DNA from: Planctomycetota bacterium
GTDB lineage: Bacteria; Planctomycetota; PLA2; JAEUHO01
Assembly: GCA_046350655.1 (NCBI GenBank)
Contig: JAXMAB010000005.1
Coordinates: forward strand, 11,696 to 75,695
DNA: 64,000 nt
Reading direction: 5' to 3'
This document shows, in pieces, positions 17,669 to 27,980 of the stretch. The notes beneath the pieces are model-generated. The model did not search any database. It saw only the letters and a program-made list of their open reading frames with translations, and was not told where the DNA came from. The translations under genes and the position numbers were made by a program. Numbering within the stretch: position 1 is the first letter of the stretch; each line of letters opens with the position of its first letter.

Positions 17669-19606
17669 TCAGGCCACGGGATGCACGAGCCGCGCGATCG
17701 ACGTCCGCAGCGTCTCGACGGTGACCGGCTTGCTGACGACGAGGTCCACGCCGGACGGGCACTCCCCCGCCGCCTCCATCATCGACCCGAACCCCGTGAG
17801 CATCAGGATCGGGAGCCGGGGCCGGACCGCCTTCACGTGGAGCGCCAACGCGTCGCCGTTCATGCCCGGCATGGCGCGGTCGGTGACGACGACGTCGAAC
17901 GGCTCGGCCTCGACCAGCCGCAGCGCCGTCGCGCCGTCGGCCGACTCCCGCACCTCGTGCCCGTCGAGGCGGAGGTACTCGCCGATCACCCCGCGGACGC
18001 GCTCGTCGTCGTCCACCAGGAGCACGCGGCGGCGGGCCGGCGTCGAGACCGCGGGCGCGGGGGCCGCGGCGGCGACCCGCCTCGTCGCGCCGGGCACGGG
18101 GAACCGCAGCGTGAACGTGGTGCCGCGCGCGGGCGCGCTCTCGACGTCGACGTGGCCGTCGTGCCGCTGCACCACCCCGTAGACCATCGATAGGCCGAGG
18201 CCCGTGCCCCGCGCGCCCTTCGTGGTGAAGAACGGCTCGAAACACCGCGAGCGGACGGTCTCCGACATGCCGACGCCGGTGTCGCGCACCACGAGGACGA
18301 CCTCGCGGCCCTGCGTCGAGGTCTCGACGGTGATCCCGCCGCCGTCGGGCATCGCGTCGACCGCGTTGAAGAGGAGGTTCGTCAGCGCCTCGCGCAGCTC
18401 CGCCGCGTCGCCCGCGATCGCGGGGACGCGGCCGAGCCGCGTGCGCACCTCGATCGTCACGCCCTTCGCCTGCTGCTCGGCCTGCCAGCGCGGCTGCGTG
18501 AGCCCCACCGCCTCCGTGACCACGCGGTCGAGGTCGACGGGCGCGAGCGCCTCGCCGCCGGCGCGGTGGCGGTAGAACTCGCGCAGCCGGTCGACGACGC
18601 CGCCGGCATCGCGCGCCGCGGTGTGGATGAGGCGGATGTGCCGGAGCGCCGTCTCGCGGTCGGCGAGCCGCGCCGGGTTCGCCAGGAACAGCTCCGAGAA
18701 CCCGAGGATGCACGCGAGCGAGTTGTTGAAGTCGTGCGCGATGCCGCTCGCCATGGTGCCCAGCGCCCGCAGGCGCTCCTGGCGGACGTCGCGCTCCTCG
18801 GCCGCCTCGAGCTCGGCGAGGGCCCGCGACAGCCGCGCGTTCGCGTCGCGCAGCGCCTGCGCGGCCGCGTTGCGCGCGCTCACGTCGCGGACCGTCGCCA
18901 CGAGCGCGGGCGCCGCGTCGAGCTCGATGCGCGCGACGTTCACCTCCGCGTCGAACGACGACCCGTCGCCCCGCGTGCAGGCCTGCTCGAACGTCCGCCG
19001 CCGCGGCGTCGCGCCGGCGTCCGCGTCCCACCACGCGGGCTCCAGCGCGAACGGCGAGCGGGCGAGCAGCTCGGCGCGGCCGCGGCCGAACATCCGCTCG
19101 GCGACCGCGTTGCAGTCGAGGACCGCGTCGCGTCCGAGCAGGAACACGGCGTCGTTCGCGCCCTCGAACACCGCGCGGAACTTCCGCTCCGACGCCGCGA
19201 GCGCCGCCTCCGCCGCGCGCCGCTCCGTCACGTCGCGCGAGTTCACGACGATCCCCGCGATCGACGGCTCGTCGAGCGCGTTCTTCCCGACGCTGACGAG
19301 CGTGCGCCAGCCGCCGAGCTTGTGGCGGAAGCGGAACTCCGCGCGGCGCACCGAGTGCGGCGCGCTCAACGCCTCGAGGAACGCCGCGCGCAGCCCCGCG
19401 ACGTCGTCGGGATGCACGAACTCGAAGGCGGACCGCCCCACGAGCTCCTCCGGCGCGTACCCGACGCTCGCCTCGGCCGACGGGCTCTCGAACGTGATCG
19501 TCCCGTCCGGCTCGACGATCGTGATGATGTCGGTCGAGTGCTCGATGAGGGCGTGGATGCGCCGGTCGTCGAAGGCCTCGTGCGGCGATCGCGGGGTCGC
19601 GACCAT
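17669..19606 (-). CDS. Hybrid sensor histidine kinase: 2 PAS domains + HisKA/HATPase + C-terminal receiver (645 aa)
   Basis: Internal Met MVATPRSP with GGAGGGA RBS; H-box MASGIAHDFNNSL, N/G boxes NLLFNAVDAM, DTGVGM, GTGLGLSMV; receiver VLLVDDDERV...DVVVTDRAMPGMNG...KPV. Confidence 0.9.
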   Translation of the reverse strand: MVATPRSPHEAFDDRRIHALIEHSTDIITIVEPDGTITFESPSAEASVGYAPEELVGRSAFEFVHPDDVAGLRAAFLEALSAPHSVRRAEFRFRHKLGGWRTLVSVGKNALDEPSIAGIVVNSRDVTERRAAEAALAASERKFRAVFEGANDAVFLLGRDAVLDCNAVAERMFGRGRAELLARSPFALEPAWWDADAGATPRRRTFEQACTRGDGSSFDAEVNVARIELDAAPALVATVRDVSARNAAAQALRDANARLSRALAELEAAEERDVRQERLRALGTMASGIAHDFNNSLACILGFSELFLANPARLADRETALRHIRLIHTAARDAGGVVDRLREFYRHRAGGEALAPVDLDRVVTEAVGLTQPRWQAEQQAKGVTIEVRTRLGRVPAIAGDAAELREALTNLLFNAVDAMPDGGGITVETSTQGREVVLVVRDTGVGMSETVRSRCFEPFFTTKGARGTGLGLSMVYGVVQRHDGHVDVESAPARGTTFTLRFPVPGATRRVAAAAPAPAVSTPARRRVLLVDDDERVRGVIGEYLRLDGHEVRESADGATALRLVEAEPFDVVVTDRAMPGMNGDALALHVKAVRPRLPILMLTGFGSMMEAAGECPSGVDLVVSKPVTVETLRTSIARLVHPVA

Positions 19607-19985
19607 GGGACTCTCCCTCCGGGGACCGATCTCGACGCAAGCCCGATGCCACGCGTCGCGCTCCCGGGGCCGGGTCGTCACGCGGGGCAACCGTTGCGTC
19701 GCGTCGGCCTCCGGTGGCGGTCGAGGCGGGGGTACGCGAGGCCCGGTGGCCTGCGTGCGCCGCGTCCGACGGGCCTCGGGTGCGCATCCTTCGCGCTCCC
19801 CGGGGCGGATTCCTCGCATCCCCGGTGCCGGTATCCCTCGGAACCCGTCGCGATTTCGCGCCCCTGTGTCCTCGGGGATCACCGTGACGGCGAGGCCCGG
19901 CGCACCGCGAACCGCGCGCGTGGGGCGCCTCGCGATGCGCCCCGCGGTAGGATGACGGGCTGCACACGAGGGGTCCGGCGCGGCG

Positions 19986-20246
19986 ATGCTCCCGTTCTTC
20001 CACGCCCCGGTCCGATGGAGGCGGCGCGTGCCGCCGCCGCCCGCGTGCGCCACCTGCGGCGTCGCGTTCGCGACGCCCGGCGACACCTGCGCGCACTGCG
20101 GGGTCCCGCGGCCCGGGTTCGGCGAGGGCGCGGCCCCGGCCGGCGCGCCCGACCGGGAGCGCCGCGGGGGCGGCGTCGTGACGGCGCTCCGATGGCTGAC
20201 CTTCGTGAGCCTGTGCCTGCTCGCGCTCTCGCAGTGCCGCCGCTGA
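19986..20246 (+). CDS. Possible small zinc-ribbon protein with C-terminal hydrophobic tail (86 aa)
   Basis: CATCG-x11-CAHCG (two CxxC pairs) then VVTALRWLTFVSLCLLAL; weak RBS; sits in a 700-bp region between divergent genes. Confidence 0.25.
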   Translation: MLPFFHAPVRWRRRVPPPPACATCGVAFATPGDTCAHCGVPRPGFGEGAAPAGAPDRERRGGGVVTALRWLTFVSLCLLALSQCRR

Positions 20247-20324
20247 CGTGCCGGGGCGGACCATGGCCCCGGCCGCGGCGACGCCGCGCGAGCGCGTCGG
20301 CCGACCGTCGCGTATGTTCCTCCG

Positions 20325-20603
20325 GTGCCGACCGTCGAGCTGACCAGCCACCTGTACGCGTTCTTCCCCGCGCTCGCGGGGCGGGAGCTGCGGGTCGAGG
20401 CCTCGACGTTCGGCGAGGTCGTCGCGGCGTTGGAGCGCCTCGCGCCCGGGTTCGCCTTCTACGTCTGCGACGAGGCCGGGCGGATGCGCCAGCACGTCAT
20501 CGCCTACGTGGGGAACGAACGGGTCAAGGACCGAGGGACGCTCCGTGACCCCGTCGCACCGGACGACCGCGTCCTCATCGTGCAGGCGCTGAGCGGCGGC
20601 TGA
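20325..20603 (+). CDS. MoaD/ThiS-family ubiquitin-like sulfur-carrier protein (92 aa, C-terminal Gly-Gly), GTG start
   Basis: Size, beta-grasp-like pattern, ends ...VLIVQALSGG*; a C-terminal diglycine is the hallmark of this family. Confidence 0.65.
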   Translation: MPTVELTSHLYAFFPALAGRELRVEASTFGEVVAALERLAPGFAFYVCDEAGRMRQHVIAYVGNERVKDRGTLRDPVAPDDRVLIVQALSGG

Positions 20604-20629
20604 ACCCGCCGCGGCGCCCGGAGACCCCC

Positions 20630-21793
20630 ATGCCCCCCCGCCTCCTCGTCGGCACCCGCAAGGGTACGTTTATCGTCTCGAAGGGCCCGTCCGGCTGGCG
20701 CCCGCAGCTGTCCGGCCACGCCGGCTCCGGCGTCAACTTCGCCGCCCGCGACCCGCACACCGGCACGCTGTGGGCGCTGCTCGGCCACGGCCACTGGGGC
20801 GCCAAGCTCTCGCGGTCGAAGGACGGCGGCGCGACGTGGGCCGACGCGCCGCAGATCAAGTACCCGGCGGGCGCGCGTCACTACCTGCCGCCGCCGCCCA
20901 GCGAGACCGGGTCGGGCGAGGGCGCGCCGGTGCTCAAGCCCGCGACGCTCCTCAAGCTCTGGACGATGGAGTTCGGGCCGGGCGGGCGCGTCTACGTCGG
21001 GACGATCCCGGGCGGCCTCTTCGTGAGCCGCGACGGCGGCGAGTCGTTCGAGCTGAACCGCGGGCTGTGGGACCACGAGTCGCGCGGCGGCGACCTCTTC
21101 GCCGGCCCGGGCAACGGCGGCACGAAGTGGTACGGCACGCCCGCGGCGGAGGGCGAGTTCGCGCCGGGCATCCACTCGGTCGTGACGGACCCGCGCGACC
21201 CGGACCGCGTGCTCGTCGCGATCTCGACGGCGGGCGTGTTCGAGACGCGCGACGGCGGGAAGACGTGGCGCACGCGCAACCAGGGCCTCCGCATGGACTA
21301 CGGCCCGGACCCGACCGCCGAGTGGGCCGGGCACGACCCGCACGCCGTCGTCCGCTGCGAGGGGCAGCCCGACCACGTCTGGCAGCAGAACCACTGCGGC
21401 GTCTTCTACAGCGACGACTCCGCGGCGACGTGGCGGAAGGTCAGCGAGCCCTCGGCGGGCGCGCACTTCGGCTTCCCCGTCGCGGTGGACCCGAAGGACG
21501 GCCGCACCGCGTGGCTCGTGCCCGCGAAGGCCGACCAGCACCGCACGACGATCGACGGCGGGCTGTTCGTCGCGCGCACGCAGGACGCGGGCCGGACGTG
21601 GCAGCAGCTCCGCAAGGGCCTGCCGCAGGAGCACGCGTACGACGTGGTCTACCGCCACGCGCTCCACAACCGCGGCGACGTGCTCGCGTTCGGCAGCACG
21701 ACCGGCAACCTCTACGTCAGCGAGGACCGGGGCGACCACTGGCAGACGGTCGCGAACAACCTGCCGCCGGTGTACAGCGTCCGCTTCGAGTGA
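20630..21793 (+). CDS. BNR/Asp-box repeat protein (sialidase-like/Ycf48-like beta-propeller), 387 aa
   Basis: Six S/TxDxGxTW-type repeats: SKDGGATWAD, SRDGGESFE, TRDGGKTWRT, SDDSAATWRK, TQDAGRTWQQ, SEDRGDHWQT. Confidence 0.8.
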   Translation: MPPRLLVGTRKGTFIVSKGPSGWRPQLSGHAGSGVNFAARDPHTGTLWALLGHGHWGAKLSRSKDGGATWADAPQIKYPAGARHYLPPPPSETGSGEGAPVLKPATLLKLWTMEFGPGGRVYVGTIPGGLFVSRDGGESFELNRGLWDHESRGGDLFAGPGNGGTKWYGTPAAEGEFAPGIHSVVTDPRDPDRVLVAISTAGVFETRDGGKTWRTRNQGLRMDYGPDPTAEWAGHDPHAVVRCEGQPDHVWQQNHCGVFYSDDSAATWRKVSEPSAGAHFGFPVAVDPKDGRTAWLVPAKADQHRTTIDGGLFVARTQDAGRTWQQLRKGLPQEHAYDVVYRHALHNRGDVLAFGSTTGNLYVSEDRGDHWQTVANNLPPVYSVRFE

Positions 21794-21833
21794 GGGCCGC
21801 CGGGCCTCGCGTACCCACGGCCCCGAGTCCCCC

Positions 21834-22316
21834 ATGTACACGCCCGAAGCCCTCGCCGACCTCCACGCCCGCGGGCACACGAGCCTGCGCCGGCTCCTCG
21901 AGCACTGCGCCCCGTTCTCGGCGGACGAGCTCCGGCGGGAGCTCGACGGGTTCGGCTACCCGTCGATGCACCGCTCGTTCGCGCACGTGATCGGCGCGGA
22001 GCACTACTGGGTGGGCGTGCTGCACGGCGTCGTCGACGCCGAGGACCGCGACGACGCCTACCCGACCGTGGAGGCCCTCGAGGGCTGGCGCGGCGAGGTG
22101 GAGGCCCGGACGCGGGGGTACGTCGACGCGGCGTCGGTCGAGGAGCTGAACACGCCGCGCCCCGTGACGATGTGGGGCGGGCGGACGGCCCTGCTGGTGC
22201 CGGCGCGGGTCGTCGTGCGGACGTTCGCGCACCTCTACCAGCACCAGGGGCAGCTCGTCGCGATGTGCCGCCTGCTGGGCCGCCCGGCCACCGGGCTCGA
22301 CTTCCCCCTGGCGTGA
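21834..22316 (+). CDS. DinB_2 family protein (160 aa)
   Basis: HVIGAEHYWVGVL ... FAHLYQHQGQL His pattern; second DinB_2 paralog in the window. Confidence 0.7.
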   Translation: MYTPEALADLHARGHTSLRRLLEHCAPFSADELRRELDGFGYPSMHRSFAHVIGAEHYWVGVLHGVVDAEDRDDAYPTVEALEGWRGEVEARTRGYVDAASVEELNTPRPVTMWGGRTALLVPARVVVRTFAHLYQHQGQLVAMCRLLGRPATGLDFPLA

Positions 22317-22441
22317 GGGCGGCCGGACGCGGGGCGGCCGCGGCGCCCGTGAAGGCCGCGGCAAACCCGTGAAGGCCGCGTTAAGACGGAGTCGGCCGCC
22401 GCGCCCCGTCCGTTGGCTTCGGCGGCGGCGGGTTTCGTAGG

Positions 22442-23527
22442 ATGTCCGCGATCGTCCGGAGACCGCTGCCCACGATGCGAGCGTCGCGCGCCGCCCCCTC
22501 GCCGGACCCCCGCCCCGCCTCGCGGCGCGCGACCGCCCCGCCCCGGCCGGACCTCGATTCGTGGGCGGTCACGGAGCACGTCGTCGGGGTCGACCGACTG
22601 CTGGCGCGGGTCGCGGGGACGGCCCACGACGTGTTGCAGCTGGCGCCGGGCACCCTCGACGCCCGGCTCCACGTCTTCAGGGCGCGCGGGTTCGAGGCCG
22701 GCGGCGGCGAGGTGAACCTGCCGCTGCGGGCGCAGGGGCGGACGTTGCCCCACCTCGCGACGATCACGTTGCGGCTGGCGTGCCCCGGCGGCGGCGTCGT
22801 CAACGGCCGGCGCGTGGGGACCGGCTCGGTGGTGGTGTGGCGCCCGGGCGCGACGTACGACGGGATCGCCCCCGCGGGCGACCGCTGGGTCTCGCTGCTC
22901 GTGCCGCCGGACGAGCTGCCCCGGCGGGCCGGCGCCGCGCGCCGCGGGACGTGGTGGCGTTGGAGCACCTCGCTCCTGACGGCGGAACTGTCCCCCGAGG
23001 AGCTCGCGGAGGCGACCGCGCTCGTCGAGCGGACCGAGACGCTCGCGGGCGGCGCGCCGACCGTCGTCCCGGAACGGGTGGCGACCGACGTGCGCGCGCG
23101 CTGGATCGACCTGGCCGGCGCCGTGTTCGCGCGCGCCGAGCCCGCCCCCGCGCCGCGCGGCGCGACCTGGAGCGCGACGCTGGACGTGCGCGCCGCCGAC
23201 CGCTACCTGCGGGGGCACCTCGGCGCGACGGTGTACCTCGCCGACGTGTGCCGCGCGACCGGCGTGCCCCCGCGCACGCTCCAGGCCGCGTTCGCCCTGG
23301 TGCTCGGCTGCTCGCCGATGGCCTACCTCGAGACGCTCCGCCTGCACGCGGCGCTGCGCGCGCTGCGGGCCGACGAGGGCGCGGTCCCGGCGACCGTGCG
23401 GGACGTCGCGAAGCGCGTCGGGTTCTCGCACTACCCGCGGTTCAGCGCCGCGTTCCGGGCGCGTTTCGCGTCGAGCCCGGGCGAGATCCTGCAGCGCTCA
23501 CGGGAGACCCGCGCCGCCGGTCGTTGA
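22442..23527 (+). CDS. AraC/XylS-family transcriptional regulator (361 aa)
   Basis: C-terminal double HTH: LADVCRATGVPPRTLQAAFALVLGCSPMAYL ... VRDVAKRVGFSHYPRFSAAFRARF. Confidence 0.8.
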   Translation: MSAIVRRPLPTMRASRAAPSPDPRPASRRATAPPRPDLDSWAVTEHVVGVDRLLARVAGTAHDVLQLAPGTLDARLHVFRARGFEAGGGEVNLPLRAQGRTLPHLATITLRLACPGGGVVNGRRVGTGSVVVWRPGATYDGIAPAGDRWVSLLVPPDELPRRAGAARRGTWWRWSTSLLTAELSPEELAEATALVERTETLAGGAPTVVPERVATDVRARWIDLAGAVFARAEPAPAPRGATWSATLDVRAADRYLRGHLGATVYLADVCRATGVPPRTLQAAFALVLGCSPMAYLETLRLHAALRALRADEGAVPATVRDVAKRVGFSHYPRFSAAFRARFASSPGEILQRSRETRAAGR

Positions 23528-23553
23528 CGGGACCGCCCGGCGGGCGACGCCCG

Positions 23554-24102
23554 TCAGACGCGCTCCTTGAACTCCATCGTCTCGGTGTCGATGGCGATGC
23601 GGTCGCCGACGTTGCACATCACGCTCACGCGGAGCTTGATGCCGTTGTCGAGCGTGGCGTCCTTGAGGCCGCTCGCGGGCTGACCCTTCACGCTCGGCTC
23701 CGTGTCGGCGATCGTCGCCTCGATGACCGGGGGCAGCGTCACCGCCACCAGCGCGTCGTCGATCAGGAGCCCGCGGTAGAGGTCGGACTTCCACTTGAGG
23801 ACCTCCTCGAGGCCCTCCGCCGGCGCGCGCCACTCGTCGCCGGCCTTCGTGTAGAAGACCTCCTCGGCCCCGTCGCGGTAGCTGTGCTCGAGCTCCAGCG
23901 TCTCGGCCTCGAGGACCGGATAGCGGTCGTCGGGCTGGGCCGTGACCTCGCTCATCCGCCCCGTCAGGATCTCCTTGAACTTCATCTGGATGCGGCTGCG
24001 GCGGTCGCTCTTCCAGATGTTCCACTGCACGAGCCGGCACATCCGTCCGTCGACGGAGAGCAGCATGCCCTTGCGCGCATCGAGTGCCGTGACTTCAGCC
24101 AT
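23554..24102 (-). CDS. Elongation factor P-like protein (YeiP/EfpL family), 182 aa
   Basis: Internal Met MAEVTALDARKGMLL...; KOW-like N-domain and OB domains; resembles YeiP (RIQMKFKEILTGRMSE, GQPASGLKDATLDNGIKLRV). Confidence 0.8.
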   Translation of the reverse strand: MAEVTALDARKGMLLSVDGRMCRLVQWNIWKSDRRSRIQMKFKEILTGRMSEVTAQPDDRYPVLEAETLELEHSYRDGAEEVFYTKAGDEWRAPAEGLEEVLKWKSDLYRGLLIDDALVAVTLPPVIEATIADTEPSVKGQPASGLKDATLDNGIKLRVSVMCNVGDRIAIDTETMEFKERV

Positions 24103-24406
24103 GGGGACGGGCTCCGACGGGATCCGGTGACCGGGGGACTGCGGGAGGGGGGAATCTACCCGGACCGGCGCGGGCCGCCCCACCTCGCGCCCCCCGCTCC
24201 CCGGGGGCGCGCCGGGCCCCGAGGCGCGCCCTCACGGGGCGTCCTCGCCGACCCCGGCACGGCGGCGCGACGCCCCGGGGCACCCTCGGGCCCACCGGTA
24301 CGCGAGGCCCGGCCGCCGCGGCCCCGCCGGACGTGGCATCCTCGGGGCAACGTCGTTCGCGCGGAGGGGCGCGGCGACGTCCCCCCAACGAGACGGAGAG
24401 AACGTC

Positions 24407-25000
24407 ATGCGCAAGCCCTGGATCGTGTTCGCGTTCGTGGCCGCCGGAGCGTGCGGCTGGTTCGCCCGGAGCGCGTCGAGCGAGGACGCGCCGGCCGCCC
24501 CGGCCTGCACCCCGGAGCAGCAGGCGGCGATGGAGGCCCTCGCGCGGCCCGGTGAGATGCACGGCTGGCTCGGGAGCCACGTCGGCACCTACGACCTCGA
24601 CATCACGACGATCGACGCCGCGGGGAAGCCGGCGACGGCGAAGGCGACGGCCACGATCTCCATGGTCCTCGGGGGTCGCTTCCAGGAGCAGCGGCTCACC
24701 GGCACGTTCATGGGCAAGCCGTAAGAGGGCTACGGCCTCACCGGCTACGACAACCTGAAGAAGGAGTTCGTGAACTACTGGTTCGACACCATGGGGACCG
24801 CGCCCAGCGTGGCCCGCGGCGCCCGCTCCGCCGACGGCACGTCGCTGAAGATGACCGGGACGTGGGACATGCCGACGGGCCCGATGCCGTTCACGCAGGT
24901 GCTCACGGTCACCGGCGACAAGACGATGACGTTCAAGATGACGTCCACGATGGGCGGCAACGAGATGACGATGATGGAGGCGACGTACACGCGGAAGTAG
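24407..25000 (+). pseudogene. DUF1579-family secreted protein interrupted by an in-frame TAA (24722..24724); N-terminal ORF 24407..24724 and C-terminal ORF 24770..25000 are in the same frame
   Basis: ...RLTGTFMGKP*EGYGLTGYDNLKKEFVNYWFDTMGTAP... reads as one continuous DUF1579-like sequence across the stop (the G-x-G-x-x-GYDN block spans it); the signal peptide is at the N-terminus only. Confidence 0.7.
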
Positions 25001-25010
25001 CTCCGCGCCG

Positions 25011-25038
25011 GGCCGGGCGCCGCGCGCGGCGCCCGGCC
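25011..25038. terminator. 28-bp perfect GC palindrome (ggccgggcgccgcg|cgcggcgcccggcc) 11 bp after the DUF1579 stop; candidate terminator hairpin
   Basis: Seen directly. Confidence 0.45.
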
Positions 25039-25493
25039 CCGTCCGCCGGGACCGGATCCGCGGCGTTCGTCGCTCGGGCCGCGCGAGGTCGGCATCGGTC
25101 GTGGCCATGGGCGCTGCGCGACGGCGGGTCCGGCGCGACCCCGGCGCGGTCGACGCGAGACCCGAGGCGAAGCCCGCGCGCGGTCATGAAGACCGGATGA
25201 ACGACGCGGAACGGTCCGGCGATCGACGCACCGCTCCTTGAGTGGTTCGACGTCGATGGGATCGACGCCCGCCCATCCGTCGGCGCGGGGTGGCGGCGGT
25301 CCCGCGTGGATCGTGGAACGCGTGGCGAGGGGGACGCGCGTTACGAGCCGTCCATGGGATCGGACCGCGCGCGGCGGCGCATGGCGAAAGTCCCCAGTCG
25401 ATCGCCCCGACGCGACGTCGCGCCGGAAGTTCTCGATTGCGCTCCACGTTCGAATGCGTACGGTCGGCGTCCTCTCGATCCGAAGGAGTTCCC

Positions 25494-27980
25494 ATGCAGC
25501 GTGCGACGAGGTTGAGGGTGTGGGTCGCGACGTCCGTCGTGGCCGCGACGACGGTCGCGTGTGGCGGCGGCGGCGGAGGAGGCAGCGCGGGCGCGGGGAA
25601 CGCGGGCGTGGTCACGCTCCTCACGCCGACGGTGCCCGCCGCGACGACGGGCCTCGCGTACGCGGCCCGGTTCGATGCGACGTTCCCCCACGACCCGGGC
25701 ACGTTCCACGTCGCCTCGGGCCAGCTCCCGCCGGGCCTGAAGCTCGACACCGCGACGGGCGACCTCAGCGGCTACCCGCGCCAGGTCGGCGCGTTCCGTT
25801 TCGAGATCGCCGCCCGCGACGGCACCGACCTGACGCTGCCGCCGGGCCGGGACGCGACGTTCGCCGAGGCGCGGCGGAGCTTCGCGCTCGACGTCGCCCG
25901 CGGCGCGCCCCACATCCTGCCGCAGACGATGCCGTCCGCGCAGTACCGCGCGTCGTACGCCTATCCGATCGACGTCGCCGGCGGCACCGCGCCGTACACG
26001 TTCACGCTCGTCAGCGGGTCGCTCCCGGCGGGCCTCACCGTCGGCACCAACGGCGTGGTCGGCAGCTTCCCGACGCAGGCGCAGCCCGCGCCGTACGAGT
26101 TCGACGTGATGGTCACGGACGCGAACGGCCTCACCGACACGGCGTCGCTCTCGGTGGCGGTGGTCGTGAAGCCCCTCCTCATCCTCACCTCGAACCCGAT
26201 CCCGCAGGCCGCGAAGGACTTCGCGTACGTGCTGCCGATCGCGCTGGCGTCCACCGGCGGCGGCGCGCCGTTCTCGTGGTCGCAGGCCCCGCTCGGCGTC
26301 GGCGAGACGAGCCTGGCGGCGATCGGCATGCAGGTCACGCCGGACGGCCGGCTCACCGACCTCGGCACCGGCCCCTCGGCCCTCGGCACGTACAAGTTCA
26401 CGCTGCGGGTGACGGACGAGGCCACGCAGGTGGCGATGCGGCAGTACCAGCTCACGATCAACCCGGGCCCGGTCCTCACGGACATCACCCCGCGGCTGGC
26501 GTCGCTGCCGAGCCTGTACACCGTCACGGGCCTCAACTTCCAGCCCGGCGCGAGGCTCGTGCTCAAGCCCGGGCCGTCGGAGGCGACCTTCACCCCGACG
26601 TTCGTCTCGTCCACCCAGCTGACCTTCAGCCCGCCGTTCCCGACCCCCATCGGCGCCACCGGGCCCATCGACGTCAAGGTCCTGAACCCGGACGGCGGCT
26701 TCCACACGAAGGCCGCGGCGCTCGTCTTCCCGGCGAACAACCTCGGCTTCGCGACGAAGGGCTTCATCGGCAGCAGCCTCTCGAGCACGGGCCTCGACGC
26801 CGCGGACGTCAACGGCGACGGGTTCGCGGACATCGTCCACTGCGGCTCGGGCGCCATCACCGCCGTCTACAGCACGACGACGAGCACCGCCGGCGGCCTG
26901 ATCCTGCACATGAACCTCGGGACCACGAGCCCGACGTTCTCGACGCTCGTCCTCGACGGCGGCAACTACACGGACGTGAAGTTCGTGGACGTCAACGTGG
27001 ACGGCAAGCTCGACATCGTGGCGCTGGGCCACACGACGATCCGCGCGTGGATCGGGCTCGGCAACGGCACGTTCACCGTCGGGCCGACGACGACCCTCAA
27101 CGGCCCCGGCAGCCCGATGTGGCCCTCGGAGATGACCTTCGGCCGGTTCAACGCCGACGCCGTCCCGGACGTCGCGTTCGGCACCCCGAACTTCAACTAC
27201 CTGGGCTACCAGAACATCAACGGCCGCGTGTACTCGATGGCCGGCACCGGCACGGGCGCGTTCACGCCCCTCGACGCCGCCACGAGCACGATCTCGGGCA
27301 CCTACGGCGTCCTCTCCCTCCAGGCGATCGACACCGACAACGACGGGCACTCCGAGCTCGCGGCCGGCTGCGGCCTCAGCATCAGCGCGGGCCCCGCGTT
27401 CAACTTCACGACGCTCTCGGCCTCCGGGTTCTTCAACGGCTGGACGTCGCGCGGCGGGGCGATCAACCCGCCGCTCTACTCGAGCACGACGGGCACCGCC
27501 GTCGGCGACTTCCTCGGCAACGGCACCAAGCAGCTCGCGGCCATCACGAGCGGCTCGCCGAACTACAGCAACTACCAGGTCTTCCGCATCTACAGCGGGG
27601 CCGACCTCTCGACGATGACGACCCTGCCGGTGCCGAACGCGGCGGGCAAGTCGCTCGCGCCGATCGACGGCGACTTCGACACGAAGACCGACATCCTGCT
27701 GACGTCGTCGCAGAGCAACATCCTCGTCTACCGCGGCTCGACGCAGGCCATCGCGGTGACGCTCGACGCGGCCGCGGGCACGCCCGCGCTCTCGTCGCCG
27801 AAGACGGGCCGCGTCGTCTCGGCGGACATCAACGGCGACGGCATGCCGGACATCCTGGCGACGACCTCGTACTGGCACGTCAACGGGATGGCCTCGAACC
27901 ACGGCACGACGTACACCATGGGCAACACCGGCAACGGCGGCTCCATGGGCATCGTCTTCTACCTGAACACGTCGAACTGA
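25494..27980 (+). CDS. Large lipoprotein (828 aa) with putative Ig-like domains and FG-GAP/VCBS-type beta-propeller repeats
   Basis: GAAGGAG RBS; signal + lipobox (ATTVAC|GGGGGGG); repeated YxFxL...G-LPxGL units (YTFTLVSGSLPAGLTV, LPPGLKLDTATGDLSG) and many DxNGDGxxD(I/V) repeats (DVNGDGFADIV, DVNVDGKLDIV, DTDNDGHSELA, DINGDGMPDIL). Confidence 0.8.
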   Translation: MQRATRLRVWVATSVVAATTVACGGGGGGGSAGAGNAGVVTLLTPTVPAATTGLAYAARFDATFPHDPGTFHVASGQLPPGLKLDTATGDLSGYPRQVGAFRFEIAARDGTDLTLPPGRDATFAEARRSFALDVARGAPHILPQTMPSAQYRASYAYPIDVAGGTAPYTFTLVSGSLPAGLTVGTNGVVGSFPTQAQPAPYEFDVMVTDANGLTDTASLSVAVVVKPLLILTSNPIPQAAKDFAYVLPIALASTGGGAPFSWSQAPLGVGETSLAAIGMQVTPDGRLTDLGTGPSALGTYKFTLRVTDEATQVAMRQYQLTINPGPVLTDITPRLASLPSLYTVTGLNFQPGARLVLKPGPSEATFTPTFVSSTQLTFSPPFPTPIGATGPIDVKVLNPDGGFHTKAAALVFPANNLGFATKGFIGSSLSSTGLDAADVNGDGFADIVHCGSGAITAVYSTTTSTAGGLILHMNLGTTSPTFSTLVLDGGNYTDVKFVDVNVDGKLDIVALGHTTIRAWIGLGNGTFTVGPTTTLNGPGSPMWPSEMTFGRFNADAVPDVAFGTPNFNYLGYQNINGRVYSMAGTGTGAFTPLDAATSTISGTYGVLSLQAIDTDNDGHSELAAGCGLSISAGPAFNFTTLSASGFFNGWTSRGGAINPPLYSSTTGTAVGDFLGNGTKQLAAITSGSPNYSNYQVFRIYSGADLSTMTTLPVPNAAGKSLAPIDGDFDTKTDILLTSSQSNILVYRGSTQAIAVTLDAAAGTPALSSPKTGRVVSADINGDGMPDILATTSYWHVNGMASNHGTTYTMGNTGNGGSMGIVFYLNTSN

